Part shown: one piece after another, positions 18,433 through 27,225 of the stretch
How positions within the stretch are numbered: the first letter of the stretch is position 1
How the letters are laid out: each line of letters opens with the position of its first letter
NCBI GenBank assembly: GCA_012799455.1
Contig: JAAZLE010000096.1
Span: forward strand, 15,479-79,478
Source: Clostridiales bacterium
GTDB lineage: Bacteria; Bacillota; Clostridia; Christensenellales; DTU072
Length of the DNA: 64,000 nucleotides
Direction: 5' to 3'
Notes under the pieces: generated by a model
What the model was told of the DNA's origin: nothing
Database searches by the model: none
Seen by the model: the letters and a program-made list of their open reading frames with translations, nothing else
Made by a program: the position numbers and the translations under genes

Positions 18433-20325
18433 ATGATTATCAATGTATTAGATAGTTCAATATATAATCGAATTGCAGCGGGAGAAGTTATAGAAAAGCC
18501 TGCTTCGGTAGTAAAAGAGCTTATTGATAACAGTATAGATTCGGGCGCAACAGAAATTAAAGTTTTTGTTGAACAGGGTGGAATTAAAAGCATAGAGGTT
18601 TCTGATAATGGGTCTGGTATTCCTAAGGCAGAACTATATAAAGCGATATTACCGCATGCAACAAGCAAGATTTCTAGTGCTGAAGATCTTTTTTCTATAT
18701 CTACACTAGGTTTTAGAGGTGAGGCGCTAGCATCTATTGCTGCAGTTAGTGAGTTTGAAATTAAAACAAAATACCATACGGAATCAAATGGTGCTAAACT
18801 TTATTTACAGGATAATGAATATGTAGTTTCGGATATAGCTTGGACAGATGGGACGACGGTCTTTGTTAAAAATTTATTTTACAATGTACCAGCTAGGTTT
18901 AAATTCTTAAACTCAAGGTTAAGCGAAGAAAATAGTATAAAAAAAGTGGTAAGTCAGTTTATACTATCCCATCCTAATATATCGTTTTACTTATATTGTA
19001 ATGATAAGTTAGTTTATGCTAGCGAAGGTTTGGGTATTGAAGAGGCGATACAGATTGTTTTTGGACGAGAAACTGCAAGTAGTTTAATACCCATAAAGGC
19101 AAAACATTTGAGCAGTAATAATTATATAATACAGGGATATATTTCTCCACCAGCAGTTTATAAAAACAACCGGTCACTACAGTTTATAATTATCAATGGA
19201 AGAGTTGTTGTTGATGCTAATATATCTGCCACTGTGCAGAATGCATATTCTGACAGATTAATGAAACACGCTTTTCCTATATTTGTTTTAGACATTGCAA
19301 TCCCTTTTGATGAAGTTGATGTAAATGTTCATCCAGCAAAACGTGAAATTAGGCTAGCATTTTCAAAAAAATTATTAGGATCTATTTATAATTCAATACA
19401 AGAGACGCTTGTGGATTTTGAGCTTTTAAAACAGGCTGAGCTTTTTAAGCATAACAGCTTATTAGAGACTAACAAACACGAATTAGTGAATAGTATTAGT
19501 AACGATGAGGATATGGTAGTTAATCTAGATAATAAAAAATTAGATTGTTTGATAGATAAAGAAGAATCTCCAATTAATAAAGACTTTTATACAAAGGATT
19601 TGTTGAAGAAGCATCAACAAGTTGAAACTAAATTGGAAGATGATGGTGTCATTCGAGCAATTATTACAGACAAAAATATACATGGTCAATCTCAAGCTGA
19701 ATACCCCCAACCAAGCTTGTTTAAACAAAATGATAATATTTCATATAGAGTTATTGGACAAGTGTTTAATACTTACTTAATTATAGAAGCATCCGATAAG
19801 GTACTATATATTGATCAACATGCCGCTCATGAAAGAATTTTATTTGATAAATATAATAATGAAATACAAAACAATATTGTGGCTTCTCAACAAATGCTTA
19901 TTCCGTTTTTGTATGAATGTACGATAAATGAACACGATGTTTTAATGAAGGAAAAAGAGAACTTAATGCAATTAGGTTTTGAAATAGAAAGTCTGGGAAT
20001 AAACACAATAAAAGTTACTTCCATTCCTTCTGTGTTCACGGAAAAAGTAAATCTAAATAAGTTGTTTAATGATATCATAAGTTTAAGTTTACATGTTTCA
20101 GGATTGGACAATTTTTCATTGAGTAAATTAATTAGAGATAAGGTTGCCTCTATTGCGTGTAAGGCTGCGATTAAAGGCAATTTAAACCTCTCGGATGAGA
20201 GTATTAAATATATAATAGAATACTTTTTTTCAGAAGGCATGCCATTACAATGTCCTCATGGTCGACCAACGGTAATATCGTTTGATAAATATGACATAGA
20301 AAAGGAATTTAAAAGAAAAACATGA
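18433..20325 (+). CDS. mutL: DNA mismatch repair protein MutL
   Basis: 630 aa GHKL ATPase N-terminus (VKELIDNSIDSGAT, DNGSGI, GFRGEAL) and a C-terminal dimerisation/endonuclease region. Confidence 0.96.
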   Translation: MIINVLDSSIYNRIAAGEVIEKPASVVKELIDNSIDSGATEIKVFVEQGGIKSIEVSDNGSGIPKAELYKAILPHATSKISSAEDLFSISTLGFRGEALASIAAVSEFEIKTKYHTESNGAKLYLQDNEYVVSDIAWTDGTTVFVKNLFYNVPARFKFLNSRLSEENSIKKVVSQFILSHPNISFYLYCNDKLVYASEGLGIEEAIQIVFGRETASSLIPIKAKHLSSNNYIIQGYISPPAVYKNNRSLQFIIINGRVVVDANISATVQNAYSDRLMKHAFPIFVLDIAIPFDEVDVNVHPAKREIRLAFSKKLLGSIYNSIQETLVDFELLKQAELFKHNSLLETNKHELVNSISNDEDMVVNLDNKKLDCLIDKEESPINKDFYTKDLLKKHQQVETKLEDDGVIRAIITDKNIHGQSQAEYPQPSLFKQNDNISYRVIGQVFNTYLIIEASDKVLYIDQHAAHERILFDKYNNEIQNNIVASQQMLIPFLYECTINEHDVLMKEKENLMQLGFEIESLGINTIKVTSIPSVFTEKVNLNKLFNDIISLSLHVSGLDNFSLSKLIRDKVASIACKAAIKGNLNLSDESIKYIIEYFFSEGMPLQCPHGRPTVISFDKYDIEKEFKRKT

Positions 20326-21263
20326 TTCATAAGGCCTCATTAAAAAACAAATTGGCAATTATTTGCGGTCCAACTGCATCCGGCAAAACATACATAGCAG
20401 AGAAAATTGCATTGGCAAATAACATGGAAATTATTTCTGCTGATTCTATGCAAATTTATATGGATATGGATATAGGAACTGCAAAAGAAAAAGCATTAAA
20501 AGTGAAACAGCATATGATTGATATCATCAAGCCAAATGAAGAATATAATGTATTCATGTATCAAAAGGCAGTAAACGAAATTCTTAATAATCCAAATAAT
20601 ACTTCCAAGAAATATGTAGTATGCGGTGGGACAGGATTATATATAGATTCATTGTATTATAAAATGAACTTTGGACACGGTTTTGAAAAAGATGATTTAG
20701 AACTAAAGTCTCGATTAGATAAAGCATTAAAAGATTTTGGCAAGCAATATGTTTATAACATGTTAGTGCAGTCAGATCCAGAGGCGGCAATGGAATTACA
20801 TCCAAATAATTCTAGGCGTGTTTTAAGGGCATTATATTTAGTGATGTTACACAATAAGCCCTTATCTCAACTGCAAAAAAAGGAAATTAATGAGGGAGTT
20901 AAAATTATAATACTACAGACAAATAGAGAAAAACTTCGTTTACGTGTGGAAAGTAGAGTTGATAAAATGTTAAAAATGGGGCTTTTAGATGAAGTTAATA
21001 TGTTGATTAATAAATATGATTTAACATTTCAATGCCAGTCATTAAATGGTATTGGTTATAAAGAATGGGAACCGTATTTTTGTGGCAAAGCCAGTGTAGA
21101 ATCTATAAGGGATGCGATAATAACAAATACAATGCGATATGCAAAACGTCAAGTAACTTGGTTTAATAATCAATACAAGGATAATGTAATTAAAGTTGAC
21201 ACAACATTAATCCATGCTAACGAGAATCAAATATTAAAACAAATTTCCGACTTTATTATGTAG
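20322..21263 (+). CDS. miaA: tRNA dimethylallyltransferase
   Basis: 313 aa with P-loop GPTASGKT and the DSMQIY motif. ATGA overlap with mutL. Confidence 0.94.
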   Translation: MIHKASLKNKLAIICGPTASGKTYIAEKIALANNMEIISADSMQIYMDMDIGTAKEKALKVKQHMIDIIKPNEEYNVFMYQKAVNEILNNPNNTSKKYVVCGGTGLYIDSLYYKMNFGHGFEKDDLELKSRLDKALKDFGKQYVYNMLVQSDPEAAMELHPNNSRRVLRALYLVMLHNKPLSQLQKKEINEGVKIIILQTNREKLRLRVESRVDKMLKMGLLDEVNMLINKYDLTFQCQSLNGIGYKEWEPYFCGKASVESIRDAIITNTMRYAKRQVTWFNNQYKDNVIKVDTTLIHANENQILKQISDFIM

Positions 21264-21341
21264 TATTATAACTAGATATAATATATGATGGAATTTAATA
21301 AAAAACATAAATTTAATTATAAACAATAAAGGGTTAAGATT

Positions 21342-22571
21342 ATGCAGGTAAATGTAGAAAAATTAGTGTTGGAAGTAGAAGCTGAATGTGTTGATTTGTT
21401 TAATCGGGTTGCTAGCAGATCTTTTCAAAATCAGAAAAAGGTATTAGACGCATTTCGTAAAAACCGTGTTGCTGCTAGGCATTTTGTGCCTTCTACAGGC
21501 TATGGCTATGGGGATGATTCTAGAGATAAACTATATAGATTATATGCTGATGTTTTTGGTGCGGAAGATGCTATTGTTTCACCACTCATTACCTCAGGAA
21601 CACATATGCTTTCTATTGTGTTTTTCGGAGCTTTATTACCGGGAGATCATATCCTTTGCATTACTGGAACTCCTTACGACACATTGCACCGTGTGATAAA
21701 AGGTAAAGGTACAGGCTCTTTAGAAGATTTTGGCATAAAATATTCCGAAATCCCATTGTTATCTAGTGGGAAACTTGATTTTGACAGTGTAAAAAATGAA
21801 ATAGGGAGAATATCGCCGAAAATGGTGTTTATAACAAGATCAAAAGGTTATTCTTGGCGCCAAGCCCTCTCTATTGCAGAAATTGAAGAAATGTGTACTT
21901 TTATAAAAAAAGAAGACCCTAATATAATCATATTTGTTGATAATTGTTATGGGGAATTTGTAGAAACTAAAGAGCCTACAGATGTTGGCGCGGATTTAAT
22001 AGCGGGATCCATGATAAAAAACCCAGGTGGAGGAATTGCTCCAACCGGAGGATATGTTGCTGGAAAATCACATTTAATTGACAGAATAGCATCCAGGTTT
22101 ACATCTCCAGCATTAAAAACCGAGCTAGGTTCTTATAACGCATCGTATATGCCGTTTTATCAAGGATTATTTTTAGCGCCAAGTGTAGTTGCTAGTGCGC
22201 TTAAGGGATCTATACTTTTTGGTCATTGTTTTGCTAAATTAGGGTATGATGTGAACCCGCAAATTAATTCTATTCCAACTGATATTATTAGAGCTATAAA
22301 ATTTAATTCAAAAGAGGAACTTATTACATTTATTCAAAAAATTCAGTATTCATCACCGGTCGATAGTTTTGTGACTCCAATTCCCGGGGCGATGCCAGGC
22401 TACCATAATAAGATAATTATGGCTGCGGGAACGTTTGTGCAAGGATCTTCAATAGAACTTAGCGCAGACTCGCCTATAAAAGAACCATATATTGCATATT
22501 TGCAAGGAGGGTTAACATACGAGCACTGTAAAGTTGCTGTCGTCGAAGCTCTAAAATCATTATTTAAGTAA
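21342..22571 (+). CDS. PLP-dependent aluminium-resistance / methionine gamma-lyase-like protein (YnbB family)
   Basis: 409 aa. STGYGYGDDSRDKLYRLYADVFGAEDAIVSPLITSGTHML...GTPYDTLHRVI matches the YnbB-family N-terminal signature. Confidence 0.85.
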   Translation: MQVNVEKLVLEVEAECVDLFNRVASRSFQNQKKVLDAFRKNRVAARHFVPSTGYGYGDDSRDKLYRLYADVFGAEDAIVSPLITSGTHMLSIVFFGALLPGDHILCITGTPYDTLHRVIKGKGTGSLEDFGIKYSEIPLLSSGKLDFDSVKNEIGRISPKMVFITRSKGYSWRQALSIAEIEEMCTFIKKEDPNIIIFVDNCYGEFVETKEPTDVGADLIAGSMIKNPGGGIAPTGGYVAGKSHLIDRIASRFTSPALKTELGSYNASYMPFYQGLFLAPSVVASALKGSILFGHCFAKLGYDVNPQINSIPTDIIRAIKFNSKEELITFIQKIQYSSPVDSFVTPIPGAMPGYHNKIIMAAGTFVQGSSIELSADSPIKEPYIAYLQGGLTYEHCKVAVVEALKSLFK

Positions 22572-22647
22572 ATCCTTATTTGTAATTAAATTGAATATTT
22601 TCTATTTATAATTTTTGAATAAAATCGAATTTCCGCGCAAATCAAGA

Positions 22648-22664
22648 GAAAACATCAAGTTTTC
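22648..22664. promoter_or_regulatory. Inverted repeat GAAAAC-N5-GTTTTC (candidate operator)
   Basis: GAAAAC (22648-22653), ATCAA, GTTTTC (22659-22664), in the intergenic region upstream of the recombinase-lexA operon. Confidence 0.25.
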
Positions 22665-22680
22665 ACCGCCCCCTCTCCGC

Positions 22681-22714
22681 ATCTATTCGTAAAATCTGTA
22701 TTTTGCGAATAGAT
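22681..22714. other. 34-bp near-perfect inverted repeat, candidate dif-like Xer recombination site
   Basis: ATCTATTCGTAAAAT CTGT ATTTTGCGAATAGAT has 15-nt arms with a single T/G position. Read as a Xer site it gives 11-bp arms TATTCGTAAAA and TTTTGCGAATA around a TCTGTA centre. It lies about 120 bp upstream of the XerS-like recombinase and 3.2 kb from the gene-strand switch. No T-run follows on either strand. Confidence 0.45.
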
Positions 22715-22822
22715 ATGAAACAATAAACCTGCACTCACCTATTGTAAAAAATTTTTAGATTTATGATGTCAAGATAAAAATTTATTAGGATTTATATAAA
22801 GTTATTAATATGATTTTAAATA

Positions 22823-22831
22823 TGTTATAAT
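22823..22831 (+). promoter_or_regulatory. Extended -10 element ending 6 nt before the recombinase ATG (leaderless-type layout)
   Basis: TGtTATAAT (TG 22823-22824, TATAAT 22826-22831), then ACAATC and the ATG at 22838. No SD, and the -35 is weak. Confidence 0.45.
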
Positions 22832-22837
22832 ACAATC

Positions 22838-23926
22838 ATGGGAAAAAATAATTATTTTGAATCGGAAAAGCTAAAACAATTATCAAAATTAAATGATATA
22901 TTGGAAAATGAGTTGCCCTATTTTTGCAACGAATTTTTTATAGGAATTTCTATGCGTGTAACACCATCAACTCAGCTTAATTATGCGAGAGATTTAGCGG
23001 TTTTTTTTGATTTCCTTGTAAAAAAAGTTAATCATTTCTATGGGAAATCTATAAATTCACTTTCACTCACAGATCTGGATGCCCTAGAAAGTCAGCATAT
23101 AGAGTTTTATTTAAGTTATCTATCTTATTACATATATAATGGCAGAATTAGAACTAATACAGAACGCGGGAAGGCGCGTAAATTAAGTGCTGTTAAGTCA
23201 ATGTTAAATTATTTTTATAAAAGAGATTTAATTCAAGAAAATGTTAGTATTAAGGTTTCATCACCTAAAATACATGATAAACCTATTATTAGACTAGATA
23301 ATGATGAAATAGATTCAGTTTTAACAGTAGTAGAGAAAAAATCAAAATTTTATTCTCAACGTCAAGATAACTATAATTCAGCCCTAATCAAGCGTGATTC
23401 AGCCCTACTAACTTTACTACTTGGGACTGGTATAAGAGTTAGTGAATGTGTTGGATTAAATGTATTAGACATAGATTTTAAAAATAATGCATTTAAGGTT
23501 ACTAGAAAAGGTGGTAACATAACGATGTTGTATTTTTCTGACGAAGTAAAACTGGCGTTAGAAGATTATCTTCATTGGCGAAATAATAGATTATTACGAG
23601 CAAATAAAATTGATACACCTGCCCTATTTATAAGTTTGCAAAATAAACGTATTACAACTAGAGCGGTTGAGAATATTGTTAAAAAATATGCTAAATTAAT
23701 TTCTCCTCTAAAATCAATTTCTCCACATAAACTGAGAAGTACTTATGGAACTGCCTTATACAGGGAAACTAAAGATATATTTGTTGTTGCTGAAGTTTTA
23801 GGACACAAAGATGTAAACACTACTAAAAAGCACTATGCAGCAATTTCAGAGGACATAAAGAGAGAAGCCTCGACGAAAGTTCAATTACGTAGACAGAATC
23901 AAGCTGACAATGACGACAGTATTTAA
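22838..23926 (+). CDS. Tyrosine recombinase, XerS-like (long single-Xer type)
   Basis: 362 aa with the full catalytic set: GIRVSE (Arg), VTRKGG (Lys), HKLRST (His-x-x-Arg) and LGHKDVNTTKKHY (His and Tyr). Length and motif spacing resemble streptococcal XerS as I recall it. No phage or ICE genes flank it. Confidence 0.85.
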   Translation: MGKNNYFESEKLKQLSKLNDILENELPYFCNEFFIGISMRVTPSTQLNYARDLAVFFDFLVKKVNHFYGKSINSLSLTDLDALESQHIEFYLSYLSYYIYNGRIRTNTERGKARKLSAVKSMLNYFYKRDLIQENVSIKVSSPKIHDKPIIRLDNDEIDSVLTVVEKKSKFYSQRQDNYNSALIKRDSALLTLLLGTGIRVSECVGLNVLDIDFKNNAFKVTRKGGNITMLYFSDEVKLALEDYLHWRNNRLLRANKIDTPALFISLQNKRITTRAVENIVKKYAKLISPLKSISPHKLRSTYGTALYRETKDIFVVAEVLGHKDVNTTKKHYAAISEDIKREASTKVQLRRQNQADNDDSI

Positions 23927-23950
23927 ATATTATTTAAAGAGAGTTATTAA

Positions 23951-24571
23951 ATGAAAAAAAACACTATAAACGAGAATATAAACAAATTAAGAGTTTTTTT
24001 AAAAGACTATTTTTTGCAAAATTCTTACCCGCCTACTGTCAGAGAAATTTGTGATTATATGGGTTTCAAATCTACATCTAGTGCCCATAAATATCTTAGA
24101 ATACTTAGTGATATTGGCGATATTTCAATTAATTCAAATATAAGTAGAGGTATTAGACTCGAAAATAAACTATTAGGCATCTCTGAATTTTATTATGTGC
24201 CACTTGTAGGAGAGATTACTGCTGGACAGCCTATTTTCGCCGAGGAATCATATTCCGCATACTTCTCAATCCCAAAATCCTTGTTTGGTTTTAATAACAC
24301 TTTTTTCATGCTTAAAGTTTCTGGTTCTAGTATGATTGATGTAGGCATTAATGATGGAGATTTTATTTTAATTAATAAACAATCATATGCCACAAATGGA
24401 GATATTATAGCTGCCCTAATAGATGATGAATATGCAACTGTAAAAAGGTATTTTCTTGAAAATAACAGGGTTAGATTACATCCTGAGAATAGAAATATGA
24501 GTGATTTTTACCCTGAAAATATTAAAATATTAGGCGTCGTAAAAGGGCTTATTCGTACAGAGGTTAAATGA
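23951..24571 (+). CDS. lexA: SOS repressor LexA
   Basis: 206 aa. N-terminal wHTH (PPTVREICDYMGFKSTSSAHKYLRIL), Ala-Gly cleavage region VGEITAGQPI, and the Ser/Lys dyad (GSSM ... TVKRY). Confidence 0.95.
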   Translation: MKKNTINENINKLRVFLKDYFLQNSYPPTVREICDYMGFKSTSSAHKYLRILSDIGDISINSNISRGIRLENKLLGISEFYYVPLVGEITAGQPIFAEESYSAYFSIPKSLFGFNNTFFMLKVSGSSMIDVGINDGDFILINKQSYATNGDIIAALIDDEYATVKRYFLENNRVRLHPENRNMSDFYPENIKILGVVKGLIRTEVK

Positions 24572-25893
24572 TGACTAAAATGAACACGATTAATACGGAC
24601 TTATTTAGAAGCCGAGTAGATATAATTGTATTGAGTACTTTGTCAGATAAAGATCGATATGGGTATGAAATTTTGGAAGTTATTGTGCAAAACTCAGTGA
24701 GTCATTATGAAATTAAACAATCAACATTATATAGTATTTTAAAAAGGTTAGATAGTTTAGAATATATTTCCTCGTACGACGGTATAGAGACTCATGGTGC
24801 ACAACGTAAATATTATACTTTAACGGATAAAGGTAGAAGTTATTTAGAAGCACAACAATATGAATGGGAATATACCAGAACGCTTTTAGATAAATTAGTT
24901 AGTGACAAACCTGTTGACTTAATTAATGCATTATCTCCCCCACCATACAATCCAAAAGACTTAAAGCCGATGACGCCAAGAAGACAAACTGAACAAACTC
25001 AAGAGGATGAGGGTTTTAATCAAACTAATAACTTAAATAGTGACTTACGCTCACTTACTGATGAAAAGACCGAATCCCCTACAAGATTAGAATTGGTAGA
25101 TCAAGAAGTTTCAGTTCAAGAAAAATTAGAAAGAGAGCGTGCAGAGAGGATTTTAGGGTTAGGTGTTTATTTACCGCTAGAAACAACAAACTTAACCAAT
25201 AGCAACAATAATGAAGTAAACAAACATGCTACACTTGCGAGCATTGGGACCGATATAGATGAAACAAGTGACTCTACACTAGATATAAACTATCGAGAAG
25301 CGTTAGGATCGTTATATACTAATACTTCTACGTCAGGCGAAGAAATAGTATGTGAAGCAAATGAAGAAGTAATGTATATTAAAGCGGAAAATATGCGATA
25401 TCCTCACTATAACGATATGAAACAGAGGTTGTTTGATGATGGATATACTGTAAAAACTTACAATAAGGCTAATTCTACGAATTTCTATTATATGAATTAT
25501 TACTATTCCAATAAACTATTTAGGGACTTATCAATAACCATATATGTGTTTTACGCTTCTTTAATTTTACTATTAAAGCTAGTTCCTATTAATTCATTAG
25601 AATTATCAACACTATCAGTGTTCATTTTATTAATAACAGGATTTTTGGTCCCAATTGTTAGATTGTTAATTTATTTTAAAAACCCCTTAAAGAGAATTAG
25701 AGCAAAATTTGACCCGTTAAAAATAAGCATCGGTTGTATCATATGGATAACTATAGCAATTTGTATTATTTTTATTTTTAATGTAATAAACGATGCGTTA
25801 TATATAACATTTGTTTTATATTTGAGTGTGCCATTTAAAATAATAATATACTACCTTTTATTCAGATCAAATAAATACCATCTAAAAAAATAA
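24568..25893 (+). CDS. PadR-family winged-helix regulator fused to a long polar linker and a C-terminal multi-TM domain
   Basis: The N-terminal ~100 aa are PadR-like (DIIVLSTLSDKDRYGYEILEVI...STLYSILKRLDSLEYISSY...RKYYTLTDKGRSYL). An acidic/polar linker of about 200 aa follows. The last ~120 aa contain about four hydrophobic helices. The start overlaps the lexA stop (ATGA). Confidence 0.8.
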   Translation: MMTKMNTINTDLFRSRVDIIVLSTLSDKDRYGYEILEVIVQNSVSHYEIKQSTLYSILKRLDSLEYISSYDGIETHGAQRKYYTLTDKGRSYLEAQQYEWEYTRTLLDKLVSDKPVDLINALSPPPYNPKDLKPMTPRRQTEQTQEDEGFNQTNNLNSDLRSLTDEKTESPTRLELVDQEVSVQEKLERERAERILGLGVYLPLETTNLTNSNNNEVNKHATLASIGTDIDETSDSTLDINYREALGSLYTNTSTSGEEIVCEANEEVMYIKAENMRYPHYNDMKQRLFDDGYTVKTYNKANSTNFYYMNYYYSNKLFRDLSITIYVFYASLILLLKLVPINSLELSTLSVFILLITGFLVPIVRLLIYFKNPLKRIRAKFDPLKISIGCIIWITIAICIIFIFNVINDALYITFVLYLSVPFKIIIYYLLFRSNKYHLKK

Positions 25894-25922
25894 TTATAAC
25901 AACTACTATCATCATTGTTCAG

Positions 25923-26360
25923 TTATTTTGTTAACGATTCACGTCTAGCGATTTCGTCACATCTGTTATTATATTGATTGTCTGAATGACCGACTACTTT
26001 AGTAAATGTAACAATATGAGACTGTGTTAAGTCCACAAGCCTTACCCATAAATCTTTATTTTTAACAGGCTTACGTGTTTTAGTTTTCCAATCATTATTC
26101 TTCCAATGAACGACCCATCCTTCTTGAAACGCATTAACTAAATAGGCACTATCAGAATATACATTTACAAAGCAAGGTTCTTTTAATGCTTCTAAACCTT
26201 TTATTGCAGCAAGCATTTCCATGCGGTTATTTGTTGTTTCTGGAACATGACCATATAGAACTTTTTCATATTGTTGATAAATTAATATAGCACACCAGCC
26301 CCCATTGCCAGGATTTCCACTACAAGCTCCATCTGTATAAATGTCGACTCTTTTTTGCAT
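25923..26360 (-). CDS. rnhA: Ribonuclease HI
   Basis: VDIYTDGACSGNPGNGGW, NNRMEMLA and HSDNQYNNRCDEIA motifs. The ATG at 26360 is preceded by GGAGGA lying in the end of proC; the ORF-track TTG at 26366 is less likely. Confidence 0.93.
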   Translation of the reverse strand: MQKRVDIYTDGACSGNPGNGGWCAILIYQQYEKVLYGHVPETTNNRMEMLAAIKGLEALKEPCFVNVYSDSAYLVNAFQEGWVVHWKNNDWKTKTRKPVKNKDLWVRLVDLTQSHIVTFTKVVGHSDNQYNNRCDEIARRESLTK

Positions 26361-26362
26361 TA

Positions 26363-27166
26363 TCAATCCTCCGAAAGTAGTTTTGATTTAGCAGCGCAGG
26401 CACTAACACCTTTATCGATAATTTCATTAAGTTTGGCTGTGTTGAATAGATTAATAGCTTCTACTGTCGTTCCGCCCTTACTTGAGACTTTTTCAATCAA
26501 TGTATCTAACGAGTCTTTTGAATTAATTGCAAATAAAGTGCTTCCTAATACAGTATTAAATACAAGTTTTTTACTGATTTCAGGAGAAAGCCCTACCTTT
26601 ACACCTGCGTCAATTAAACTTTTTAGAAAATAAAATACATATGCTGGTCCGCTTCCACTAATACTTGTAAGGGCATCAAATTGCTTTTCTTGTATTTCAA
26701 CGACCTCTCCACAAATATTAAAAATATTATTAATAAAGTTAAATTCGTTGCTTTCAATTTTTTGAGAATAATAAATTCCTATAGTTCCGTTTCCTTCCAA
26801 ACAAGGTAAATTAGGCATGGCTCTGATTACAGGACCATCAAAACTTATGGTTTTTTTAATTTTTGACACACTTACACCTGCCATAATAGATATGATATAT
26901 TGAGATAAAATGCTGTTTTTATTAAGTTTTAGTTGAAAAAATGTTTGTGGTTTAATAGCTAAAAATGTAATTCTTGCTTTATTAAATACATCATAAATAT
27001 TAGTTGTTGTATCAACTCCTATACTACTATAATAAGAAAGTTTTTCTGAATTAATATCACATATTATTATATCGTCATTATTAATACAACTTTTATGTTG
27101 TAATATATTATTTATAATAGCGCTACCCATATTTCCAGCACCTATAAATCCCAATTTATATTTCAT
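26363..27166 (-). CDS. proC: Pyrroline-5-carboxylate reductase
   Basis: MKYKLGFIGAGNMGSAI Rossmann start and a C-terminal SKGGTTVEA motif. An AAAGGAG SD precedes the ATG at 27166. The longer ORF-track start (27262) would run through the tRNA gene. Confidence 0.93.
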   Translation of the reverse strand: MKYKLGFIGAGNMGSAIINNILQHKSCINNDDIIICDINSEKLSYYSSIGVDTTTNIYDVFNKARITFLAIKPQTFFQLKLNKNSILSQYIISIMAGVSVSKIKKTISFDGPVIRAMPNLPCLEGNGTIGIYYSQKIESNEFNFINNIFNICGEVVEIQEKQFDALTSISGSGPAYVFYFLKSLIDAGVKVGLSPEISKKLVFNTVLGSTLFAINSKDSLDTLIEKVSSKGGTTVEAINLFNTAKLNEIIDKGVSACAAKSKLLSED

Positions 27167-27183
27167 AGAACACTCCTTTTTTA

Positions 27184-27213
27184 TTGACATAATATCAATT
27201 GTATATATATAAT
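27184..27213 (+). promoter_or_regulatory. Consensus sigma-A promoter for tRNA-Trp
   Basis: TTGACA (27184-27189), 18-nt spacer, TATAAT (27208-27213). The tRNA starts 13 nt downstream. Confidence 0.6.
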
Positions 27214-27225
27214 TAATTAAGTTGT

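Noticed and set aside
21264-21341. Expected hfq gene downstream of miaA
   Set aside because: Only a 78-bp gap separates miaA from the ynbB-like gene, with no small ORF carrying an Sm motif. This is recorded as an absence, not a feature; hfq may be elsewhere or lost.
22838-23926. Tyrosine recombinase interpreted as a prophage, ICE or integron integrase marking a mobile element
   Set aside because: The flanking genes are housekeeping (ynbB-like, lexA). I saw no phage, conjugation or cassette genes, and no direct repeats or tRNA target. A chromosomal Xer-type role is more parsimonious, although phylogeny is needed to confirm it.
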